The notes under the pieces were generated by a model, which saw nothing but the letters and a program-made list of their open reading frames with translations, searched no databases and had not been told where the DNA came from. From positions 7,331,097-7,395,096 of the forward strand of contig CM082598.2 in the NCBI GenBank assembly GCA_040954595.2: a stretch of DNA of 64,000 nucleotides, written 5' to 3'. Positions within the stretch are counted from its first letter, which is position 1. Each line of letters opens with the position of its first letter. Source of the DNA: Balanoglossus misakiensis (lineage: Eukaryota; Animalia; Hemichordata). Both the position numbers and the translations under genes were made by a program. This document shows, piece by piece, positions 12,201 to 24,200 of this stretch.

Positions 12201-15200
12201 CTAATAACCAAAGCAAGACATGAATGGACACTGTGGCCAATGGGAATGTGGTAAGACACTGAAATACTGAAATGCAGTCATTCCATGGGAAGAAATATTT
12301 TAATGAAATATCACGGACAAACAAAAGCAACAAAACTCTGCGTAAGAGCATGGAGGTACTAGAGAGAAGGAGCGAGGACGCTATTGTTTCCTATGAACCC
12401 CATGTGCGTCTTAATCTGTTTGCAGATAACATTAGGCTCTCAACCTTTTATCACCTGATAGGCGTTCATTAAAGCTGTGCGCTTGCGTAGATAAACAAAT
12501 CATAGCTGGCGTCGCGTCTCCATGATTTTCAAAGCATAAACAACCAGACCAAACTGCTGTGCCGAAAGTCTCCGCGCTGGCAATTACAATGGTGAATATC
12601 GGGCATCCCACACCATCCCACGCGAACAAAAATACTTGCATCGGGAAGATTGGTTTTCAAAGAAAACCTAAGAACTTATTGTTTTTTGCTGAAAATTGCT
12701 ACAAACTCAAAATATTCATTTCAAAATCATACGTTTTGGTTGTACAAAGAAGCAAAATAACGCCACAAGTCTTCCAAGACGTCCGCCTGACACGTTTCCG
12801 GTAGTGGTGATGCGTAAACTTCACCCCTAGATGTAAATAAAAGTCACCACGCATATGTAGTACGCTCGTCCGCGATGTGCGCATAGTGTTTTTAATATCG
12901 TAGAAATATTACCCCGTAGATCTTGCAAACCTAACTGTAAAATCGGCGGTAACGCACAGTGGGTTCAACTGACGCTATCGACACAGAAACACAAAGACTT
13001 AAGAAGCTTATCACACTTCAGAAGAAAAGGATTTAATCCGCTTAAATCCGTCCTCGCTCCTTCTCTCTAGTACCTCCATGATAAGAGATTCCATTGAAAG
13101 CCACAGTAGCACCAATTGTCAAGGACATTTGTGTAACCATTCCAGCCATGCCCCACACTAAAACTGAACAGATTGGACCAGTCACACCTCCCTTAATCCT
13201 ATTGTTCCCAATGTTTATCTCATCAATATATCTATCGCATGCTTTTACCCCCTTTCTCAGGTTCTTGAACCTGATTGGTTAAAATTGGCTGTTCTTGCCA
13301 TCTTGATCACCCCTTTGAAATGATTGGGTAAGTGACGGACAGTGATGAGAAGCTGAGGAGTGGAGCTGCACAGACCTCATGTTTTATAAGCTTGAGCGAT
13401 TTCCAAGAGAAAGAGCAATCCAAACGCTGCCGCCGTGTTGCTCAGAATGATGTAAAAAAATCGTCCGACTAAACAATTTAGTGTTACAATGTATTATATT
13501 TTATAAAGTTTATAAGAGGTAAATAGGGTCAGCACTGCACTATTCGGCCTGAAGTACAAGTTCAAACTGGCCGACTCCTCTCGGCACTGTCAACAAGCAC
13601 CCCAGCCCCCAGCAAGTCCCCAACATGGCATGTGTGATGTGACCATGGCTGCACTTCCCTCCTTCGGTCCTAAAAGTCGCCAAACAAACCCCAGTTTTAA
13701 ATGGCCCCAATCAGAGCCACAACAAAAACAAGTTCTTCTGGTAAAGTCTTACTCGAAATGTTGCTATGACTATAATTCTGACACAAAACTGATCATGAGT
13801 GTGGACTGATTGCATAAAAATATTTCGAAAGTACTTCCTGTAAAAAGGGGAGGCGGCTCCACACACCAGACTATTTTTGTTTATGTACATGATGTACTTG
13901 TGCGGGGGTTGTCAACTTGATGTAATAGCCAATCTTTATAAGAGTGTATATAAACAAGAAAAGTAAACTCATGAATATTAAAGGAACAAAGTCTCTCGCG
14001 GGAGAGTGAAAAACTCGCCAAAATGAATAATCGGTGTTCACCATTTATTATTTAGAGAATAATGAACGCCCCAAAGACCCATAATGGACGAAAGCACACA
14101 TTGTGCGTCATAATATACGAGGCGAAGCCGAGTATATTATGGAGCTAGCACAATGTGTGCTTGAGTCCATTATGGGTCTTTGGGGCGTTCATTATTCTCA
14201 TTATTTTATAGTTTTGTCAATGCCAGTGAATTTGCAGACTTCAAAAAGTATAGGTGCGAACAATTCAGACTCGGACACGGAGATCGAGAACAGAGCAATG
14301 GCGTACGCGTAAACAAAAGGTCACCTGATCGTGGTGTGTCAGTGTACTGTACATTTCTAGTATCATATTCAAACATCAGGAAATAAATAATGAAGGTTTA
14401 TTTACACATGTGAAAATTCATTTAAGGGTTCTGCTGAAATATATCTGAAAAAGTTTCGATTTTTGTGTAATCTTGGGGAGGACTCGGGGAATATTTGAAT
14501 TCGTTTGCGTTCTCAGGAAAGTTCACGTATACGGGCGCTCGGAAGGTTGCAATACATAAACAAACTCGCCCTCGATCGACCCTCCGTACCGCGTACACAA
14601 CATGACAGTGACACTTGCGGCATAATTTTTTTACGTATAGCTTCGTTGACATGACTGCTTGGTACATGGTACACGGTATGTATGATGAACTAATGTCAAA
14701 TCCAGCACCATGGAGAGGTTTGCTTTACGTGCGTGAGCGAGCCATGTTGACTGCGCGTGATTCAAGAGCAGACGACATGTACTGCAGCCGTAGGAAGAAA
14801 AAATAAACAAAATGCCAGTCGAGGACAGATATTGAAATTAATAAATATCGCCGTATTTATTCTGTGTACGTTTGCATTTCTTTTTTAGCCCTTAAAATGT
14901 TCGCATTGTTTGAAATCCTCCGTTATTCAGTCGGAAATTGTACACGTCCGCTGGTTCTTGGGCGCGTCGCGCGTCCATCGAATAACACGATACATTATCA
15001 GTAATAATGTATAGCTATGACGTCACAAAATTCACTGGTATTGATAAAGCTATAATATAATTTGGCGATATTTTTACTCTCATATCATACAAGCAGGATG
15101 GAAGTTGTGTTCACACGGTTCTGTACGTTTTGAGCTAATACTAGTAGTGTGAATTTTCTACTCTTTATGCATTTTGTCACATTTTTGGTAAAAAAATTTA

Positions 15201-18200
15201 CTATTCCAGAATTGATCCGCTGACTTCTTTGAAATTTAGTATGAAGCTTCATATATGTGATCTGAGTTACCATAATTTTGTTTAAATTGTTGCAAAATTT
15301 GCATATTTATCATTTTTGCCTTTTTGATCAAATATGTTTTCTCTATAACTGCTTGTCAGATTGCTTTGAAATTTGGAAGACATGTTCCTAGGGGTACCCC
15401 AAGTAAGATTTGCATGTATGTATTTTCAAATCAACGTGAAGAATTCAATACATTTAGTGTACTTTTGGTTAAACTTTTTCTCAGAACCCTCTACCCCCAT
15501 TGCTTTGAATTTTGATTTGATGGTTCTTGGGTGAGTTGTCATGGTGATTACAGTGTCAATGTTTTGTGGGGGCAATATCTTGTATTTTGGGAGCATATTT
15601 TCCAATTTTGATAAAAAATTATATTTCTCTGAAAGTGTATTCTGTATGGCTGATTACTGTAAAATTCGAGTGTAAGTTAATGAGATTGGTTTCTTTAGAA
15701 ATACTATGGAATCAAATCATAGGTAATTTGGAACTTTTATATTTTGTAGGATATTTTTTCTCATACCACAATTTTTATCTCAATAAGAACAATTACCAGT
15801 ACATAGTTCTTTGTAATACAAAAATGCACCCCTCTGAGATTTGTATACACATCAAATTCCTGCATGTTTACATAACTGGCTAACTGTTAAAGAGACCAGC
15901 TGTTCTACTTGGTCTATGTACATTTCACATGCCATTGGCAGCTTATGGGTCAGGCAGTGTTTGCCTATTGATCTCTCTATGTGTGTGTGTCTGTATATGT
16001 ACTCCGGTGTAGACTCTTTCTGTGTAATCCCTAAATGGGATCATGGTGGCCGTGACACATGTTTTTGAGTTGGATGTCTCCACGTTAATGTAGCTTTAAA
16101 TGATAGAGTTGAATTAAATGAATGCATTGTGTGTAATAGGTCCACCATGTCAGAATGTTCAATTTGACTTTGTTTAGAGATAACAGATAAATTTCCTCAT
16201 AACAATGAACAATTTCAAAAGCTGCAAACCATAGAAGGTAAAATAGCCAGACCAATGTATTTGATAGATATCCTCATGATTTTAGTCCAGAGGCTTGATG
16301 AAAATTTGATTTTAATCTTTTAAACAATGATCTCTTTTCATGAAATTTATAATTTTTACAATGTCTGTCTCTCATCAGGTCTGTTACAAAGAAAAATACA
16401 GACAGTAGATTGTGCCTTTATTTATATTGACAGTTTTGAGGGAAAAACTGATTTGGATCAATTTGTATAGATCTGCATGAGACCAGAAAATTTACATGGA
16501 TGGGAAATCTTTGTTTAGACTAATGACTAGAGATGACTTTGATGATCATTAATGTTCAGAAAGTGTTTGTTTGAGTGAAATACTGTGTTTTGACTTGCAT
16601 AGAGTGCCTAAATTACTGTTATCATTATCAGAGGTAGAGAACTTGTCCTTGGTCATCCATTATTATGAAGCATTTTCATTGTGAGTAACTTAATTTCTTG
16701 CCAACACCGTACTGGTGAGTATTTCTGTATGTAATGGAAGAGGAGCATGAGAACAATGTCATAACATTTGAAACATACTGTGAGGATTCCTAAACAAACA
16801 AACAAACAAACAAACAAATAAATAAATGTTTCTATACTAATAGCATTAATCTGCAGAAGTCAGGTTGGTATCCTCGTCAAGTGATGCCGGCGCATGCGCA
16901 ATTAGGCTAGATAAAATTTCTTTGTTCAGCGCACACAGTGAGTAATTTTCCATGTGAGGAAAAAAATATCAAACATGTTGAATATCGTGATCCGCGACAC
17001 AAAAGTAAAAATATCAGGAAAAATCGCTCGCACACGGAAGGAAAATTGCTGAGCAAAATTCCTCGAATGACTTTTTGCTCAGCTGATTTCTCTCGTGTGC
17101 GGCAGCCTTAATGGCGGAGGAGCATGAGAACAATGTACATAGTATTTGAAACATACTGTGAGGATTCCTAAACAAACAAACAAATAAATGAATAAATCTT
17201 TCCATACTGATAGAATTAACCTGCAGATGTGATGTTGGTATTTACCTTGTTTTGTATGGTCACATCAGCTTCGTGTTCCAATAACAATCTGACACGGCCT
17301 TCATCACCATACTCTGCTGCAAAGTGCAAAGGTGTGTCTCCATCCTGTAAGTAATGAAGGAGGAGCATGATGAGGATGTCAATAAAACTGTAATGCATGA
17401 GGTTAATTTCTTAAAATGAACGAATGAATGAACAAACAAACAAACAAACAACAAATTGTCATCACAAACTCCCTTGTGGATAATATTAACCAACAGTTAA
17501 TGGCATTTGTAGTGTATCAGATGTATTCTGATCTCCCTGTATTGACTTTGGTACATTCCAGACGCATGGCAGTATGGGACATATAGCCTCGTTCTGATAC
17601 TCTCTCTGGTAGTTGTAGTTCTCCTTGTTATGTGTACAAGCAATACATACCTGTTCGTGTTCATGATTCAATTCGGAGAGTCCTATAAGTTACGAAGTAA
17701 GAGCGACTGACACGTATAAACACATATACTGTGAGAAGCGGTACATAACACTGGCGACGAGTATTTCACCCACATCCTTGAAGGAAGATTAAAAAACCAG
17801 CGCCCGATTCCAAAATTCGACTTCTATACTAATCCGTCAACCCTGGGGCCACGATGGGAGCGATGGCTGACGTCATTTGAACTGTACGCCGATGGAAAAG
17901 GTTTGATAATTAATGACGACTCCTCGAAACAAAGGCGGAGAGCTTTGTTGTTGCATTTAGCCGGTCCAGACGTACAGGACATTTTTACAACTTTGTCAGA
18001 TACGGGAACAGTCACAGAGTATAACAGAGCCGTGACAGCGCTGAACACCTACTTTATGCCCCAAGTCAACCCTGCGTTCGCCAGACAGACATTCCATCAA
18101 ACCACACAAAAGCAAGGTGAGACCGTACTTCAATTTGTCACCCGCCTACATAAAGCTGCCAGTGATTGTAACTTCGGAGGTGATAAAGACAATCAAATCA

Positions 18201-21200
18201 GAGACGCAGTGCTGAATAAATGTTCGTCAGATTACGTACGCCAGTAGTTATTGGAAGAAGGCCAAGCATTGACCTTAGCACGTACCCTACAAATAGCCGA
18301 TCAGTGCGAGAAAGTGGAGGTACAAATGGCTGCTCTTTCAGCAAAGAGAGAAGACAGGGAAACTGTCAACAGACTTACTGATAGAGGCAAACGCCGTACA
18401 CAGAAAGCAAAGAAACATGAGAAAGATAAAGATACAAAACCAGCAAGAGATAAAACTTGTTATCGCAGTGGATTGACAGGACACTTTGGTCGCGATCCCA
18501 AATGTCCAGCAAGAGGCCAGACATGCTAGAAATGCGACGGCAAGAATTACTTTGCCAAAGTATGCAGGTCAAAGGTTAAATCAGAAGTCAATGTGGTCGA
18601 AGAGCCGCAAAACAGCCCAGCACCGCCCGATTACACCTTCACTGTCAACAGTGGTAAGAACTCAAACACACTTGATGTCCATGTTGGTGGTGTAAACCTG
18701 AAAATGTTGGTAGACTCAGGCGCAACTGGCAACATTATTGATGAGCCGACCTGGGAGCAATTAAAGCGACAGAAGATCAGATGTGCATCACAGGCCAACA
18801 CATGCGGACGAAAAATGTACCCGTATGGATCAAACCAACCCCTAACCGTCAAGGGCCGTTTCACATGTGAAGTACAGGTGGGCAGAAACATCACCAATGC
18901 TGAATTCCTAGTCATTAAAAGCAAAGACATACCTTTACCCGGCAAGGACACATCAACAAAATTGGGTGTACTGAAAATTGGTATTGTTGCACACATCGCA
19001 AAAGTAACAGACATGGCTGACCGCTTACAGCGACAGTACCCGGATGTCTTTACTGGTGTGGGCAAGCTCAACACAAAGCAAATAAAACTTCACATCGACC
19101 CCTCCGTAGAACGTGTAGCACAACCCCTGAGGCGAACACCATTCAACTTGAGAGGAAAGGTAGGGGCGAAAATAAAAGAGCTACTTGATTTGGACATTAT
19201 TGAACCAGTAGACGGGCCGACACCATGGGTCAACCCAGTCGTTGTAGTGCCAAAATCAGGAGGTGACATCAGACTATGCATCGACATGCGCAGAGCAGAC
19301 AAAGCGGTCACACGCGGCAGACACCCTATCCCTACCGTAGATAAGCTGTTACAGAACATGAACGGTTCCAAAGTGTTCAGCAAACTAGACTTAAAGTGGA
19401 GTTACCACCAGTTGGAGCTGACGCCAGAATCCCGTGAGATCACAACATTCGCCACACACGCCGGACTGTATCGTTACAAATGATTGCTATTTGGTGTAGG
19501 TTCAGCGAGTGAACAGTATCAACACTAAATTGTGACAGCCCTGGCAGGCGTTGATGGTGTAGAAAACATATCTGATGATGTCATAGTACATGGGTGTGAC
19601 CAGGAAACACATTTTACTTGCAGTTTACTTGCAGTCATAACCTGATTACGCGATTGTGGTCTAACACTGAACCGTGAAAAGTGTCAATTCAACATGGATG
19701 ACCTTGTTTTCATGGGAATACTACTGTCACAGAAGGGTATAGGACCAACCCAAGACAGAGTTAGAGCCGTATTGGAGGCCAGAGAACCGAGAGATGTATC
19801 TGAAGTCAGAAGCTTCATGGGCATGGTTAGTTACAGTAGCCGATTTATACCAGGTCTCGCAACCATCTCAGAACCGCTGAGGAGAATCACCAGAAAGAAC
19901 GTGCCATTCCATTTTGGTGCAGAACAGAAATCAGCATTTGCAGAGCTGAAGGCAAGTTTAGCCAAAGCAACAACCCTAGCCTACTTCGACAAAAACGCTC
20001 CGACGAAAGTGATTGCTGATGCCAGTCCCGTAGGACTAGATGCAGTGCTAGTGCAGGAGCAGAACAAAATGCTAGTTCCAGTTTGTTATGCAAGCCGTAG
20101 CCTCACCGATTGTGAGAGGAGATACTCGCAGACTGAACGTGAACAGTTCCGATCCGAAGAGTTCCAGAAATACTGTGACCACAACAGCATCACACACCTT
20201 AGTGTTACAGCAAGGTGGGCTCAAGCTAACGGCGAAGTAGAAAGCCAGAACAGAGATCATTGATGGAGAGAATCTGTATCGCTCAGGCCGAAGGGCTAGA
20301 TTGCAAACGAGAGCTGAGAAGATACGTGACCAAATACAGAGGCATAGATCATGCTACTACAGGCAAAAGCCCAGCCGAACTCCTATTCAGATGCAAGATA
20401 ACATTTGAAACATACTGTGAGGATTCCTAAACAAACAAACAAACAGACAAACAAATGTTTCTATACTAATAGCATTAATCTGCAGAAGTCAGGTTGGTAT
20501 CGTCGTCAACTGATGCCGGCGCATGCGCAATTAGGCTAGATACGTGAGTAAAATTACTTTGTTCGGCGCACACGGTGAGTAATTTTCCTCGTCAGGAAAA
20601 AAATATCAAACATGTTGAATATCGTGATCCGCGGCGCAAAAGTAAAAAGATCAGGAAAAATTGCCCGCACACGGAAGGAAAATTGATGAGCAAAATTCCT
20701 CGAATGACTTTTTGCTCAGCTGATTTCTCTCGTGTGCGGCAGCCTTAATGGAGGAGGAGCATGAGAATAATACCGTAACATTTGAAACATACTGTGAGGT
20801 TTTCCTAAACAAACAAACAAACAAATAAATGAATAAATCTTTCCATACTGATAGAATTAACCTGCAGAAATCAGGTTGGTATTTACCTTATTTTGTATGT
20901 TAGCATCAGCTTTGTGTTCCAATAACAATCTGACACGGCCTTCATCACCAAACCATGCTGCATAATGCAAAGGTGTGTTTCCATTCTGTAAGTAATGAAG
21001 GAGGAGCATGATGAGGATGTCAATAAAACTGTAATGTCACATGAGGTTAATTTCTTAAAATGAATGAACGAATGAATGAACAAACAAACAAACAAACAAA
21101 CAAACAACAAATTGTCATCACAAACTCCCTTGTGGATAATATTAACCAACAGTTAATGGCATTTGTAGTGTATCAGATGTATTCTGATCCCCCTGTATTG

Positions 21201-24200
21201 ACTTTGGTACATTCCAGACGCATGGCAGTATGGGACATTTAGCCTCGTTCTGATACTCTCTCTGGTAGTTGTAGTTCTCCTTGTGTGCAAGCAATAAATA
21301 CCTGTTCGTGTTCATGATTCAATTCGGAGTGTCCTCTAAGTTACGAAGTAAGAGCGACTGACACGTATAAACACATATACTGTGAGAAGCGGTACATAAC
21401 ACTGGCGACGAGTATTTCACCCACATCCTTGAAGGAAGATTAAAAAACCAGCGCCCGATTCCAAAATTTGACTGCTATACTAATCCCTCAACCCTGGGGC
21501 CACGATGGGAGCGATGGCTGACGTCATTTGAACTGTACGCTGATGGAAAAGGTTTGATAATTACTGACGACTCCACGAAACAAAGGCAGAGAGCTTTGTT
21601 GTTGTATTTAGCCAGTCCAGACGTACAGGACATTTTTACAACTTTGTCAGATACGGGAACAGTCACAGAGTATAACAGAGCCGTGATATCGCTAAACACC
21701 TACTTTATGCCCCAAGTCAACCCTGCGTTCGCCAGACAGACATTCCATCAAACCACACAAAAGCAAGGTGAGACCTTACTTCAAGTTGTCACCCGCCTAC
21801 GTAAAGCTGCCAGTGATTGTAACTTCGGAGGTGATAAAGACAATCAAATCAGAGACGCAGTGCTGAATAAATGTTCGTCAGATTACGTACGCCGGTAGTT
21901 ATTGGAAGAAGGCCAAGCATTGACCTTAGCACGTACCCTACAAATAGCCGATCAGTGCGAGAAAGTGGAGGTATAAATGGCTGCTCTTTCAGCAAAGAGA
22001 GAAGACAGGGAAACTGTCAACAGACTTACTGATAGAAGCAAACGCCGTACACAGAAAGCAAAGAAACATGAGAAAGATAAAGATACAAAACCAGCAAGAG
22101 ATAAAACTTGTTATCGCTGTGGATTGACAGGACACTTTGGTCGCGATCCCAAATGTCCAGAAAGAGGCCAGACATGCAAGAAATGCGACGGCAAGAATTA
22201 CTTTGGCAAAGTATGCAGGTCAAAGGTTAAATCAGAAGTCAATGTGGTCGAAGAGCCGCAAAGCAGCCCAGCACCGCCGGATTACACCTTCACTGTCAAC
22301 AGTGGTAAGAACTCAAACACACTTGATGTCCATGTTGGTGGTGTAAACCTGAAAATGTTGGTAGACTCAGACGCAACTGGCAATATTATTGATGAGCCGA
22401 CAGCAGATCAGATGTGCATCACAGGCCAACACATGCGGACGAAAAATGTGCCCGTATGGATCAAACCAACCCCTAACCGTCAAGGGCAGTTTCACATGTG
22501 AAGTACAGGTGGGCAGAAACATCACCAATGCTGAATTCCTAGTCATTAAAGGCAAAGGCGTACCTTTACTCGGCAAGGACACATCAACAAAATTGGGTGT
22601 ACTGACAATTGGTATTGCTGCACACATCGCAGCAGTAACAGACATAGACCACTACGCGGATAGGATATCTGCAATGCATGACGGTATACTTTGCGTTCAA
22701 CATAGAGTCTAGTACATGACCAACGCACGCGCTCAGAACAACACCCTGCGTTATGCCATGGTTATGCTATCCGCGAAGTGGTCCATGGCTGACCGCTTAC
22801 AGCGACAGTACCCGGATGTCTTTACTGGTGTGGGCAAGCTCAACACGAAGCAAATAAAACTTCAAATCGACCCCTCCATTCAACTTGAGAGGAAAGGTAG
22901 GGGCGAAAATAAAAGAGCTACTGGATTTGGACATTATTGAACAAGTAGGCGGGCCGACACCATGGGTCAACCCAGTCGTTGTAGTGCCAAAATCAGGAGG
23001 TGACATTAGACTATGCATTGACATGCGCAGAGCAAACAAAGCGATCATACGCGGCAGACACCCTATCCCTACCGTAGATGAGCTGTTACAGAACATGAAC
23101 GGTTCCAAAGTGTTCAGCAAACTAGACTTAAAGTGGGGTTACCACCAGTTGGAGCTGACGCCAGAATCCCGTGAGATCACAACATTCGCCACACACGCCG
23201 GACTGTATCGTTACAAATGATTGCTATTTGGTGTAGGTTCAGCGAGTGAACAGTATCAACACGAAATTGCGACAGCCCTAGCAGGCATTGATGGTGTAGA
23301 AAACATATCTGATGATAGTACATGGGTGTGACCAGGAAACACATTTTACTTGCAGTTTACTTGCAGTCATAACCTGATTACGCGATTGTGAACCGTGAAA
23401 AGTTTCAATTCAACATGGATGACCTTGTTTTCATGGGAATACTACTGTCACAGAAGGGCATAGGACCAACCCAAGACAGAGTTAGAGCCGTATTGGAGGC
23501 CAGAGAACCGAAAGATGTATCTGAAGTCAGAAGCTTCATGGGCATGGATAGTTACAGTAGCCGATTTATACCAGGTCTCGCAACCATCTCAGAACCGCTG
23601 AGGAGAATCACCAGAAAGAACGTGCCATTCCATTTCGGTCCAGAACAGAAATCAGCATTTGCAGAGCTGAAGGCAAGTTTAGCCAAAGCAACAACCCTAG
23701 CCTACTTTGACAAAAACGCTCCGACGAAAGTGATTGCTGATGCCAGTCCCGTAGGACTAGGTGCAGTGCTAGTGCAGGAGCAGAACAAAATGCTAGTTCC
23801 AGTTTGTTATGCAAGCCGTAGCCTCACCGATTGTGAGAGGAGATACTCGCAGACTGAACGTGAACAGTTCTGATCTGAAGAGTTCCAGAAATACTGTGAC
23901 CACAACAGCATCACACACCTTAGTGTTACAGCAAGGTGGGCTCAAGCTAACGGCGAAGTAGAAAGCCAGAACAGATCATTGATGAAGAGAATATGTATCG
24001 CTCAGGCCGAAGGGCTAGATTGGAAACGAGAGCTGAGAAGATACGTGACCAAATACAGAGGCATAGATCATGCTACTACAGGCAAAAGCCCAGCCGAACT
24101 CCTATTCAGACGCAAGATAAGAGGGAAATTGCCAGAATTCAACGCAGAGCATCACAACGACATAGATGTACGTGACAGAGATGTCGAACAGAAAGGAAAA

